Assembly: GCA_032718475.1 (NCBI GenBank)
Contig: JAUCBJ010007667.1
Span: 63,825-127,824 of the forward strand
Source: Nemertoderma westbladi
Taxonomy: Eukaryota > Animalia > Xenacoelomorpha
DNA: 64,000 bases
Reading direction: 5' to 3'
Of the stretch, positions 10,789 to 23,684 are shown one piece after another (the stretch's first letter is position 1; each line of letters opens with the position of its first letter). A model generated the notes under the pieces. That model saw only the letters and a program-made list of their open reading frames with translations, was not told the DNA's origin and made no database searches. Both the position numbers and the translations under genes were made by a program.

Positions 10789-12449
10789 GCACAATCTGCA
10801 ATTTGCCATCTGTTTTCCGTCAGAGGCTGAAGTGATAGAATTGTGTCATTTGGTAACAATTTGGAAATGAATTAAAAAAAGTATCATAAACGGGAATAAT
10901 AAGTTGCTGATATGGTAATTAAATGCATAAATAATTCGAACTCACAGTACAACCACACGTGCTCGGAATATATAAAAGATTGTGGTTTGGATTTACTTAC
11001 TTACTATCAAATCGACTTATAATTACAGATGCGTTAAACGGCTTGATACTATGATACTAAACCTTGGAACGCCAGGTGGCTACGTCTACAAGCACAACAC
11101 CAACAGTGCTAGTGCACACAAACACATACTGAATTATATATATCATTATAATCCATTAAAAATATTTTATAACTTTTACTATTTAAACTAATAACTAGCA
11201 GATAGCACCTATGAGTTATCAGTTGGTCATTACTAGAAGTATTGAAGTGGATATTATCCTATTAAGTAGGATATTTTTTGGACCCCAAGGATCAACATTT
11301 ATTAGATTACGACTGAGATGGGGTTATGGTTACATGACAGATGTAATTAGAATTGAGACATACCCTATAACCAAAATAATAAAGCTATAATTCTATATTT
11401 GATACGCACGAGTTGTTAATAAGCCAAGATGACCTGAGTCATGTATAAGGGTAGGTCGTCAGGACATAATTTGTACTGTTACTTAGGGCAGCGAGGATTG
11501 GAGAATTTCGTCAACGGATGAAGCGATAATACAAGATAAATATAACAAAACAACCCGACCCTATTTATATTGCTTGCTTACTCTTTATGCCTTAAGCATC
11601 TTATACCATCAATAAGGTAGTTAGTTATAGGGAGTGAACATTGAACATCTGCAGTAACTCAAGTGTAAAAAGGGGCAGTCCCAAATAATACCTAAGATTC
11701 TAAGAATGCTTTAACATCAATTATTTATACTTGAATTACAAAATATATAACGAAAAACCTAATAATGGCCTAAGTGAGGCGTTTTCGGTTATGCCAGGCC
11801 GATTTCCAATAAATAATTAACATGTAGACATAGGTTGTAAGCGGGAGGTCAGATCGGGCCAGTACCACAGGCCAAGAGGACCACTTAATGTCATTATCCA
11901 TTAGCCAACTCAAGTGGATCGCATGTTCTATTCCTACAACATTTCTCAAACCCGTAAAAACCTCACAATAATGTTAAGGTTGCGTTATATATTGATGCAG
12001 TAAAACACCTAGTGCTATGAAGGTAATATGCCAGGGGGTACATACGAGGTCCCAAGACAACCTAAAAAATAATTCAAATAGGCCAATATATCCCCCCCCC
12101 CCCCCCCCTCCTCTCCCAAGGCAATTACCGCAGAATGTAAAGTAACCTAATTCCAACGCGGAATTAGCGAATGTAATTTACTTGGTTGGTTATTAATCGA
12201 GGTTATAAGGGCCACGCCCCATTGTGTAGCAGCGGGGCGGGTTCACCACCAAGGGATGCCTCCCTCTAAATCGGACAAACAAAGGAAATGACAGCGCGGT
12301 TTTAGGAATTAATGAGCCGTGGCAAAGACAAACTCTCTAATGACCACAGTGGATGAGGGAGCTTAACAAAGGCCGGGGCGGAGTATTACGTATTATAGAG
12401 CCAATAGCTTGTTATGCACAGAGAGAGAGAGAGAGGCACAATAGGGGTC

Positions 12450-12459
12450 TGATTGACAG
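12450..12459 (+). promoter_or_regulatory. PBX-PREP/MEIS decamer TGATTGACAG
   Basis: Exact match to the TALE heterodimer motif; one of four within 6 kb. Function not shown. Confidence 0.5.
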
Positions 12460-14416
12460 CCCCAACAATAGTCCTTGGAAATTGGATGTCCTTGTCCTTG
12501 GGCAACAAGTATTCAGGTCCAATCCCTACCTAACTGCGGGATGGATAGAACGTAACAATAGCCCTTTCAATCTCCGTAGCTCATTACTAGTTGAGTATAT
12601 TGTGATTCTATAGCTAGGCGGGGTACAATAGCTGTTTGTTACTCAGAGGAACGTAGAACAGCTAACCGTTACACAGTAACTATTATCATTCTTCTACAAT
12701 ACGCCCCCCGAACTCTCACTGCTGTCCATCACTGCCACTCAATAGATTTTAGGAAATGAGTTTCGCGACACCGCATTGAACGTGTGCTCTGCAACTTCCA
12801 CGGTAACTTAATGGGACCCCAGATTGCTCGCCCATATTGATTCACGCTATTCGTATGCGGAAACTCGATTCTATTGAAATATAACAACAGAAATCCTGGC
12901 AGTACAAAACACACACGCATGACTTCACAACCAACAGATAAAAAAACAATCTTAATGTAAAACGCCGAAAAAACACAATCGAACTCATGACAATACACAC
13001 TCCTGCGCAGACCTTCGTATTGTCGTATAAACTATACGACTTCATATAGTTCATAACATATTATATGCACAATGTTCATAAGAGAGATTCATTGATTATC
13101 CGCGTTTTGCCGTACAGATCCAACATCTGTTAGATTTAGGATTTAGCACCACTTTCATTTGGTTTAGTTACGGCGACAGTGCGGAGTGGATTATCATCAT
13201 ATTATTATAGGCCAGAAACGCGCCGCAGACGACAAGCCTATAATTGAATCATTGATTCTCAAGTCTCAAGAACTTGCATCATGACGCCGCATAGCCATAG
13301 GGGCGTACGTTCTTAAGATATTGGCAAGGCGAACCATATAGTAGGATTCTCACACCGTCCAACGTGCGGTACGCTAAACCGATACAAAGGAAAGAGAGAA
13401 AGACGAATGCGTAATACAATAAAACAAACCACTGCTAACCCAAGCAGAAAGAGAGCCCAGCCCGCCTCAAGGGCAGCATCCAATACGGGAAAATAATTAA
13501 ACAAAGTGGACCCTCTAAGTCGGAGTAATACGAATGATACCGCGAGACAGATAATACTAATATAGGGGCATTCCAGCTCTCTCTCGCGCACAGTGTAACC
13601 GCAGACACAATGGGACCCGTATCTAAACAAACGCGGTACGTGACTGAGATAAGGAAACTCTAGAAATATAGTGAGATACTGCCAACCCAAAAGCAGAGGT
13701 AATCCAACGCCAATACCATCGCTTAACGCACTGCGAGGCATCTAACTCAGGGTAGTGAGTGAGAGGGTCCTTTGTCATATGGAGCTTCAGTTAAGGTTGA
13801 GTTGGTTACTTCGGTAACAATTAAACCAAATACAACGGAGTTACCAAACGCGTATAAATTTACATTATTGTGTAGTCAGATAGGAATGGGATGTCCGAAG
13901 GGAAGTTGGAATTACAGAAAGTGACAAAGCAATTTTACTTGGGTAATAGGAACAACGGGTATGTATAGGAGGGAGTTAGAGCTGAAAAACAATAAATTAT
14001 AATCAAGAAAAATAATGTTTAATTATTAATATTTTGCAGATTCAAGTCCTTATTATAAGGAAAATGAATTAATTTTTGGAATTTCATTGTTTCTATCACA
14101 ATCAGCAAATTTTGATACCTATACTGCGATAATGAAAAGGATATCGTTCGAATGGAACTAAAAAACACGTCAGGGAGTGTGATAAAATATGAGCAAATCC
14201 TAATATGTTTTACATAAGGTCTTAAATAAAGCGAAACATTACTCACTACAATGGTAAGAGCAGAAAAAAACAGCCAAAACTTAATCAAAACAAACTCTTG
14301 TTAAACAATAAGAGTTCCTGTCAGTTTTAAATCAAACACAATGGGAACAATCAAACGTAATGGTGACTAATACTACTTATGGGCTACTCGTCGAAACGAA
14401 AATAATGATCACCTTG

Positions 14417-14426
14417 CTGTCAATCA
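14417..14426 (-). promoter_or_regulatory. PBX-PREP/MEIS decamer TGATTGACAG
   Basis: CTGTCAATCA on the plus strand. Confidence 0.45.
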
Positions 14427-15516
14427 TTCAAGAAATAAAACCACAACAATATACAATCAGGAATCCAATCAACAATCTTACCCTAATCCCGGAATTATCC
14501 ATTATAAGTAGAACTGCCCAATCCTCCATCGAACTATATATAACAATGAACTACAGTAAACCATTATTACCCTAATAAAAAACATACGTCTAAAACTCCG
14601 GCCCATGAAAGATCTATGAACATAACCCTGACGCCAACACGCTAGAACAATCATGGAACACACCATGTAAGGACATTCATAAAGTAAGGCCCCTGTTTAC
14701 ACGCTATATAGAACAATTGAACACGCAATATAAGGTTTCTATGAAGTGTAAACAAAGCAATTACTAATCGCTAAAGATCAGATAAGCAATACAAATAATA
14801 GTGATTATACTTAGATTCTTACATAAACAGTTCATTAAATAAATCACACACGCGCGCAGGAGGTCATTATCTTTATGAGAGAGGCTCGCATCACAGTCGA
14901 ATTCCCACGGTGTCGGCAGTGAAACAAACAATTTCGGTGTGTGTGTGTGTGTGTCTGCTTCAAGGACTCGAGCAGCTAAGGGCCAGCAGAGAGGGTACAA
15001 TGGGCAAGGGGGAGGAGGTAATTTGTGATTTTGTGACTAACGCCATTAATATTAAGAAAGTAAGAACGATCTTTCATCAGGTAAGATCGGATGGTTCGGA
15101 TGCACACAATAACCGCGTACCGTCCACTCGTAGATATCCCATATGTTTGTCTATGGAGGGGAGGCTGGGGGGCATGCATAAGGGCGTTAGGGCAACGTTA
15201 GAAGGGCGCGGCCCTGAGATCTATTTGTCCGGGCCCCTCCGATATCTCTATCCGATACACGACATGTGGAGACAATATCTATTGTAAGTTACCATGAGTA
15301 TTATATACGAATGGGGAATATAAAAGGTGGTAAAGCAACTGCGAATAGAGAATGTAATGGAGGGATATGTCAGTCATGATGGCGGCAAGGTTTGGGTGCT
15401 AACTGGGCATCAAATAAGTCAATAGTTAGATATAGAATGAGTATATAGTATGTGTGTAGGACGTAGGTAGCTGTGTGGCCATCATCCCATTAATTGGTGT
15501 AGATATAGTGAGTAGC

Positions 15517-15526
15517 CTGTCAATCA
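15517..15526 (-). promoter_or_regulatory. PBX-PREP/MEIS decamer TGATTGACAG
   Basis: CTGTCAATCA on the plus strand, near a CATTAATTG homeodomain-type site. Confidence 0.5.
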
Positions 15527-16410
15527 CTCAAGGCTACAATAAGAGTAGATGGAGTCAATTATCTCCGTCCCAGTCACCACCAGTTGGTGTGGCACTGGAC
15601 TACTGAATGTGAGTCAGCGTTGGAATGCTGTAGGTGTGAGAACTAATAACTACTTTATTACCCTACCGCCCGCCTTTGAATCAACAATAAACTGAATCAA
15701 ATAGCTAGACGGTATATAAAACACTGCGGGTAAAATGATTGTGGGATGGACAGTAATGGCATAAACACTTCAAAAAAACCCGCGTCAATACTTCAAAATA
15801 AAATGATAAGGTTTAGAGAGTAGAGTTACTAAACAATTTAAACTGTCAGTAGTTTCTATTGTATTCGGTTTTAAGCGATTTAATCGTAGCGCGTAGCGTA
15901 GGCAACATGGATTATAGATAAAGATACTGCGGTGGTGGTGGAGGGACGCGGGTCAAACACGTCAGATATTGGAAACCAATAGATACCGATACCGATAGAT
16001 GCATAAAGTAAAAGAAACGCGATTGTATAAAAGTTATATTTATCATCGTTCATTTTTCAAGCTCAACCAAATAGAACTTTGTATTGTAACGGTAAATGTA
16101 ACTTTTTGACGGATCCAGCTGATTGGATGTTCTTATTTCTCACGCGTGTTTGTTTGTGTGTGTGTTCGTTTGTTTGTATGTTTGTTTGTTTGTTTGCACA
16201 CACAAATTCTTGCACTTAATGCTAAACTTTTGATGGACTGACTGACTATACACACACATACATAACTATACGACATCTGGTATAACTTTATTAATGATTG
16301 ATTGAGTTAACCTTTTAGTACTAAAAGGAATATCTACCTCCTAGGGTCTATCTATAATCAATATGCTGCAGTGCAGCTGCATTAAATGTTATAAACAAAA
16401 ATAAACTCAC

Positions 16411-16492
16411 CTTCCTTATGTTTTACAATGCCTGTCCGGTTGCTTTCGGTTATATATAAACCATATAACCTCTTTAAAATGTCGTTGTTAAC
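16411..16492 (-). other. Candidate 82-nt upstream (5'UTR) exon, possibly of striatin
   Basis: Acceptor CTCCTTTGCAG| and strong donor AAG|GTGAGT on the minus strand. The striatin coding exon starts with an acceptor, so upstream exons are expected. No transcript evidence. Confidence 0.35.
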
Positions 16493-16760
16493 CTGCAAAG
16501 GAGATAATTGAAAAAAACATTAGACATACTGAGTTATTGAAATATAAAGAAAGTTATCGTAGCTAAGTAGAAATCACCAATACCTACAGCACTTAAAAAA
16601 ACCGGTAATCCACCCCTTTACCATTACAGACTAAGCTGAAATAACATTAAATAATCATAAGATGGAATAGATGGAAAAGCACTGCCAAAGTCGAGATATA
16701 GAGGCAGAGGGTTGGGTGCAATCTGCGTCATCTCCGTTCAATCATTTGGGTGCGTCCAAC

Positions 16761-16900
16761 CTTCGCCCGATTGGGGGAAAGGAGCAGGTTACAGACACGA
16801 TAGGTTACAGAGACGAATTTTTCTAACCCAAAAAAAATAAACGAGGTTGTTAGCACTCAATTTGAGGGCGAATATTGCTCGCGGGCGAAATTTGCTGTAG
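16761..16900 (+). mobile_element. Shared-core non-autonomous element fragment with TTCGCCC/GGGCGAA ends
   Basis: Core GGAAAGGAGCAGGTTACAG...TTTCTAACCCAAAA...TAAAC is shared with 21124-21378; flanked by CTTCGCCC and two GGGCGAA motifs. Confidence 0.55.
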
Positions 16901-18384
16901 AGTTGACAAAAACATCTGAATTTCGTGATAATCGTGAATGTTCTAACGCCCAACGAAATCCAGATGTTTTTAAGTCAAAATTTCCGGTTCCAATAATATA
17001 AAAAAAAACGGATAAAGAGTAGTCTCTGTTAAAATGTGAGGATTGTGTGAGCGGTGGGAGGGGGAAGGGTGGGGGGGGGGGGGATATTTTAGCACTTTCA
17101 GCAGATAGTTAACACTCGTTGGAATTGAGCGACTCCATACACAAATAGTTAGGGAATAAATCATACCTTTGCTAGTCGCCAAAAAAGTTTCGCAGGCCGG
17201 GAATGTCGGACAGGGATGGACTACCTGGGTGTGTTAATCGATGAAGCACACATTCCTAACATTCACACTTCATCAGTAACATCATGGGAGTAGCGGGGGG
17301 TTGAGAAATATACTAGAAATTCTACAATCTTTTAGTATTAATAACCATATTAATATAATACAAGATAGGGGGGCTGCCATACCACATAGTTCCAGGCAAA
17401 TACATTAATATCGATATTAATTGATCGGAATTATTGTCCTTGCGAGAGAATAGGGAAGCATGGCTGTCAATCTATAAGTGGTTCATTGGTATGGTGGGTA
17501 GTGTACCACATGGCACACCATCAATGCCTGTCAGTTAGATAGCCCTTGGCGACAAGATGTCTGGGGCCATCTGCTTCGTGAAGGACACACACACACTCAC
17601 ACCTACTAGACCACGCGTTCTATATCGCTCACAGTCGTTGAAGGCAATTGAGTGACACATTATCATATAAATGATTAGAAACTGAAATATTAATTATTAA
17701 TGTGGTATTATTATATTATAATTCTTGAATCAATGATGGTTGAGACCGACGCCTCTACATTAGGTTCTGTGTCCGGGAATCGATCAAGAGACTCTCACAA
17801 ACCGAGTGATCGCTATTAATTCCACTGATCTAACCGAACCGCTATACTTATGATCGAGATAGATCTACGGTCTCTGGTTCGAATCCTGGTTCTATCGTTA
17901 ATTTTTCCAATAGTTTCGTATCGTTATGGTTCTTACATTGTTTACATAATAAAATATAATTAATCCGGCCATTAAAATATATTTCTCGTAATCAGGAATC
18001 ACTTAAAATAGAACGATGTGAAGGAAATGTCGCAAAATCTGATAAAAAGATTAATGAGTAATTGATAGACTACGAAACCATTCACTATTTTGGTATATAA
18101 TCTTGCTTCTAAACCCAATTATGCCAACGTGCGTTTCTGATGCCACACCCCAACCACCTAGAGAGAAAGATTGTTTACCAAAAGGTCATAATCACTACTG
18201 TAGGTAGGCGGGAAATTATTCAGAGAAAAAAAAAGAGAAAAACAAAAAATATAGCTGAATTTGCGCTGCACACGGGGTGTCCTGCCTGTTTAAAAGGTGT
18301 CCTAGGGTAGTTGTCTGTGATAGAGATAAGGGATCTACACTAGACAATCTACTCATATCGGACAATATACGCTGTGCAGATCAC

Positions 18385-18412
18385 CTGTCAATCACGCAAA
18401 CTTACAACCAAT
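18385..18412 (-). promoter_or_regulatory. PBX-PREP/MEIS decamer with adjacent CCAAT box
   Basis: CTGTCAATCA at 18385-18394 and CCAAT at 18408-18412. Confidence 0.5.
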
Positions 18413-19680
18413 CAACGGCCGTCCTGCTGTGAGTGGCGGTCTGTAACGACACAGAGGTTCCTATCAATAACTTAGGGTTTCTGGGTGGCAACTACAAACT
18501 TAAACCATTCCCAAGGTATCTAAGTAAGGGCGATAGAATATGCCGATATTGAATGTGTCCGGAATTTGGCATGAATAATGTTAAATGAAAGATGACTGAC
18601 TGTGTATGTACAGTATTATAAATTACATTTTATAAGCGTAGTCTATAATTGAGTTTATAATATGTTTGGCTTTGGCCTTGTTCATTGGTTCATGTGTTAG
18701 ATGCGGTAGTACGCAAAGCGGTTCAAATGTTTCTAATCGGAGCCAAAATTAGGTATCTGATGTGCCGAGACGCCGTCTAAAATTAGGTGTGTTCTCAGAG
18801 TTGCGTATACAGTATACACTTACTCTTAACAACGTGTGTTTGGTTTGTGTGCATCTGTAAGGTAAGTACTACTTACAATCACTATGTACGTACGTACGCG
18901 CAGTATACACCGAAATCTGTTACGTTAAGAGCGCACTGTCATTCAAATTTAAAACTATAATTTGAAAATGAGTGAATTGCATGGCCTGCTCAATGCTCAC
19001 GCGCACGCCGCTCCACACATCCTCTTAAATTTCCCTTAAAATAGAAACTGGAGAGATACATAGCCAAAGTAATAAAAATTAGTCTTTGTAACACTTTCTA
19101 ACAGTTCACTAAAATTAGTGTTATAGAATCTCACTAAATCGATATATAAGGTACCGGTAGTTAATGTCAATAATACTAGCGAACGAACTTGTTACTTTTA
19201 ATAAAGTTCCCTTTGCACGATCAAAGTCAGATTCCTAGGTTTTTCCCGACAATAATAGAGCGGCTTTTGAAAATAATCAAGCTGATAAGCGGATAGAGAG
19301 GGGAAGGTTTCTTGGTTAACTAGCCGGTAGAAAGAGAGAATAACTGAAGAGATACATGTCTGTCTCACTGCCTGTAGAAGTTATATTCGTTTTTCATAGA
19401 CCAGTTCTAGAAGTTTAAGTTGAAGGAAGTATATAAAGTGTTGCCGAGAAATAAACACACAAATACTAGCCTGAAAGACTAACCGGCCGACCGATTAAAA
19501 GGTATAATAAAGTTAATTCAATTACCGTTAGTCAGGGAATTCCTGTCTCAGTTTTCGATGACTTATTTACAGTGCTGTCCGTCCACCAAACACTATACCG
19601 GTATATACTATACAAGAAGAAACTGGTACTCGTTCAGCTACATTCTAAAAATGCAATGGAGAGATGCGCCCTTGTGAAAT

Positions 19681-19728
19681 CCCCGAGTGGGGATCGAACA
19701 CACGATCTCCGGACCACTACGCCAAGGT
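19681..19728 (-). mobile_element. Degenerate tRNA-derived SINE head
   Basis: Minus strand has TGGCGTAGTGG (A box) and GTTCGATCC (B box) with the anticodon arm missing. Confidence 0.55.
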
Positions 19729-19808
19729 GGAACTTTTTAATTATTATTTAAACTTTACGGTTGAAATAGTAGACCTATATTTGCTAGGGCTACATAGTTA
19801 GCTATCTT

Positions 19809-20814
19809 TAGAGTTGCAACAGAGACCTGTTTTTATTAATCCCGGTAAACCAGAGCCCTACCCGGAGAATTATTTTGAAAAATACCGGAGACCAGAGCCA
19901 GAGATCAGAGACTTTGCTTATTTTTCTACTTACAATTTGATTACTCCCCTATACAAACAGGTACATACGGCCTTAGAACTATTTTTCTATGGTTCAATTA
20001 CAGTAAATCCAACCCATTTCAACCCTTACCCATTGTAAGAAAATAATCGCACGTATGCACAATCGCTTAATTAATATTAATTTGGTTATTTGTTTATTAA
20101 TTCGTTTTATTTTGATATTGTTAATAATATGTTACATAATTTTGTTTTGCGCCATAGGTACCGGTACTTTGTTAATTAAAGGCAATTATTTTACAATTAT
20201 TGTTCAAATCATATGCATTTCAATATACTATAAACTTAGTCATTTACGAATACTTAGTGCACAGGTATAGTGCTCTACTCGCCACATTTACAAGCCTCGT
20301 TACGCTCGTTCTCTCCATTTGGTCGTCATATTATCTATCCCATAACAAATTGAATGGAGATCAGCCCTTTCTTTCACTTTTAAACATTATGGGTGCTCAA
20401 ATTAAGCGCCCTTATCCTTAAATAAGAACCGTCTTTAGGTGCTAATTTAAATTAAAATTAAACGCACCTTAGATTAATTAAATAGGCCTAGAAGATTATC
20501 GGTACATTTATTAGAAATAGCCATGAAATAGCGTAAAAGTGAATATATAATTTTGTTGAAGCGGTGTATGAAAAACAGTTAAAAATTAAGGAAATAATTA
20601 ATTGTAAAAAATTTGTGAAAAATAATCTTCATTTCACATTTTGTGTTGTACAGGATCTATTTTTAAATAACTATTTCTAATTTGTAAAATCACTGATCTC
20701 TGGGTAAAATGTCTGTTTTCAATACCCGGGAACCAGAGAACTATCCAGAGACCAAAAAACTGCCCGGAGAATCCAGAGAACAGAGATCAGTGACAAGTCT
20801 CTGTTTCAACTCTA
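19809..20814. mobile_element. Non-autonomous hAT-superfamily DNA transposon, 1006 bp
   Basis: 18-bp TIRs TAGAGTTGCAACAGAGAC / GTCTCTGTTTCAACTCTA (17/18 match); perfect 8-bp TSD GCTATCTT at 19801-19808 and 20815-20822; subterminal CCAGAG/CCCGG motifs; no transposase ORF. Confidence 0.9.
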
Positions 20815-21123
20815 GCTATCTTATTGACTTAATTTGGGGCGGAGATGCGTAGGCCTATTACGCAATATGTAAAAACGACCACATCCATAAACGCTTCACA
20901 AATAATGCACTAAACACCACAAATGTTGCCCAATTAATTGCAGAAACAAAGATAAACTCGTCTTGTAGTTCGGTACGCACTAAACGTACATACAAAACAT
21001 ACATCGGCCACATAGCTGGGAACGCCGGGTGATCCGATCCCACAACACAATACCACAGTTCGATAATTAACCACAATTCTTATGCACAATCAAGGTCAGG
21101 GCCTCCTCTGAATGGCTAAGACA

Positions 21124-21378
21124 GGGGGGGGGGGGGGGGGGGGCTCGATGCAAAACCCGCCTTGGCGAATTAATATCCCGCCTCAATGTTAAATTCTCAA
21201 TTTAGGGAAAGGAGCAGGTTACAGTGGCACGTTATTTTAACCAAAACACTAAACTAAACAGAATATAACAGGTTACAGTTTTATTTTTTGAGAATAATCA
21301 TCTGTTATTTACGTCGAATTTCCCCTGGAGAGGGATTAATTTTTATTGCGTTCAGTCCCCCCCCCCCCCCCCCCCCCC
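21124..21378 (+). mobile_element. Shared-core MITE-like element with poly-G / poly-C termini
   Basis: A G-run at the left end and a C-run at the right; imperfect flanking direct repeat TCTGAATGGCTAAGACA / TCTGGAATGGCTAGACA; homologous copies at 39.0 and 42.6 kb. Confidence 0.7.
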
Positions 21379-21529
21379 TATCTGGAATGGCTAGACAGCG
21401 GTGGTGCTTGCTGCTGCTACCATTACAACTTGTTTGTGTAATGTAATGCAATGCAAATTAATATTATCAGTGTCTTTCACCAGACAGTTCAGTAATGTCA
21501 ATATGGTTGATTATCAGGATTCATCTCGC

Positions 21530-21900
21530 CTGCCGGCTACCAAAGAACAATATCATGCACAAACTGATTAGTTCTACGATAGCAGATGTTCGCATTGTCT
21601 GCAGGGTTGCCGACCTGTCGTCTTAGTCATTTCTCGGTCCTAACAATTCCTCATTTGTTAAACAGTGAGCATTGTATTTCATGCCATGAACCACGCGCTC
21701 CGCAGCTTCCTGGTGTCAGCTACAGTAAGATTCAAGCAGTCGCTGCCATATAGCAGTACATGCTCTACTGCTGTCCGAAATAAATTTACCCTCAGACAAT
21801 ATTTGTCTGAGTAATTCCATAGTTTATTTATTGCAGACCACGCCTTGCCCTTTCGTATTCGGAGGTCGTCAGCATCTCTCTGAATCCAAGACCCTATAGC
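21530..21900 (-). mobile_element. Old, diverged RTE LINE fragment (different subfamily)
   Basis: Minus strand reads GSWIQRDADDLRIRKGKAWSAINKLW...RVNLFRTAVEHVLLYGSDC, homologous to the RTE post-RT region. Confidence 0.75.
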
Positions 21901-21994
21901 AGAAGTGTTCTATGTGACCATAACCACGCTGTCCCACAATTGAATATACTGATGGTCAATGATCTGCTTTTGGAGGAATCAGAGTTTTTGTGAA

Positions 21995-22160
21995 CAGGCT
22001 GGTCCTCACTGCGAAAGTAATTCCAGCGAAGCGGAAGCGCCTCTGTTCAAGTCTCAAGCTTGTGGTAACCAATGAAACACCACCAATGTTGCAGAGTGTG
22101 ATTGGAAATGTGTGTATTGTTCTTTGACACAGTGAACCCGGCGTAGCATTCTTGTGCCAT
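21995..22160 (-). mobile_element. RTE LINE fragment
   Basis: Reads NIGGVSLVTTSLRLEQRRFRFAG, matching IGGVSLVPPSLTLEQNRLRFAGH of the larger copy. Confidence 0.8.
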
Positions 22161-22199
22161 GACGTGCCCCCTGAGGCGTAATTCCTGAGTGTTTGGAGC

Positions 22200-23056
22200 T
22201 CATTCACCCCATTATTGTGGAAATGTATAGGACAAAGAGAGACCCCCAAGAACTGAAAACAAATAAGGTGGTTCCAGTGGCCAGCCCCAAAGAAGGGCAA
22301 CCTAACAACCCGTGGATCTTTTCGTGGAATCTCGATTGCTTCATAGCTTTAAAACATAATTATATTAATTCGCACCCAGGGATCCTGTTGAGAGACTGTT
22401 ACGTGGGAACCAACATGGTTTTCGGTAAAGGTCGTGGCACCATGGAGCATATTCTGGCATTTAGACAGATAATCGAGAGTTATCCATAAATAAAGACAGA
22501 TGACTAGCTATTATCTTTAATAACTATTATTTTGAATAAAACGGTACCTAATACCTGATACCTAATAAACCGGTTCGATTATTTAGAGCAGCAGTAGAAC
22601 CAGTACTCTTATATGGGAGTCCAGGCTCTAACTGCAGAGGATATATACCAAATCTCTGGATGGCACATTCACAAGAATGCTACACCGGGTTCATTGTGTC
22701 AAGTACAATGAACATACATATCCTATCAGACTCCATACAACATTGGAGATGTTCCATTAATCTCTCCTAGCTTGACTTTGAACGGAATCGCCTCCTCTTT
22801 GCGGACATTGCATTCGCCATGAGGACCAGCCAGTGCATAATCTTGTGCTTTGGCGCCCTCATGGAGAAAATTAGCATGGTGGACAGCCTATGACTTTCTT
22901 GAGACCCATCTTAAAGGACACTGGCCTTAAAGATGCGGATGATCTAGAAAATGTCATGGGTGATAGGGAGTTATGGCGGCGCAATTTTGTCGACAAGCCG
23001 ACACAGCCTTCTTAAAAATGCAGCTGCAATGCAGCATGCCGATCATAGTAGTAGTA
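22200..23056 (+). mobile_element. Internally deleted RTE LINE copy, sense orientation, with 3' end
   Basis: Contains the RT N-terminal part (..FGKGRGTMEHILAFRQIIE), then jumps to the C-terminal region and 3'UTR AATGCAGCTGCAATGCAGCATGCCGATCA followed by a (TAG)n tail. Many frameshifts. Confidence 0.85.
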
Positions 23057-23057
23057 A

Positions 23058-23435
23058 AAATGTACCATCCAGAGATTTGATATCCTCAGCAGATAGAGGC
23101 CAGTATGGACTCACATAGAGGAGTGGACAGGTACTACTGGTCTACATAATTGGACCTCAAGTTTCCGACGTACCATACCGCAAGTGACTTCCAAATCCTA
23201 GACAGCCCATTCAATGCGGCTCATGCCCATGCCTTCCCCTTAAGTATTGCAGCAATACCTCATCAGGGATCCCACAGGCCTTAATGATCTTAAATATGCA
23301 GGGTGGCAGACAGAATCAACGACCTTGTCTGTCATGCATGTCTTACATGTCTGTCTTTCCTTCTAGACAATTCGTCAAAGATCCTCATAAGTGTCAGAAT
23401 TGGCTCCAGGAAACTTCAACCTTTTCGGTACCCAT
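23058..23435 (-). mobile_element. Multiply deleted RTE LINE copy (antisense)
   Basis: Successive short blocks match 24073-24255, ~24770-24795 and ~24880-24960 of the larger copy, in order. Confidence 0.7.
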
Positions 23436-23684
23436 CCCACACAGAATATATACGCCAATACCTCCAGTAGGCGTTATTTCCATCTAAGGAAGCCATCCCT
23501 AAAGACGATTTCAACAACGCTAGTTTTAAGACGATGAAAGAACTCATCTGGTTGAAACACCACCGATTGTCACCATCACTACGCTCCTCACGCATATAGA
23601 GCAACAACGTCGATTCCAAACATCAGGAACGTCGTGACGGGGAATAACGCAGATTGCAGATGTGACGAACTTAGACGTAGAGAC

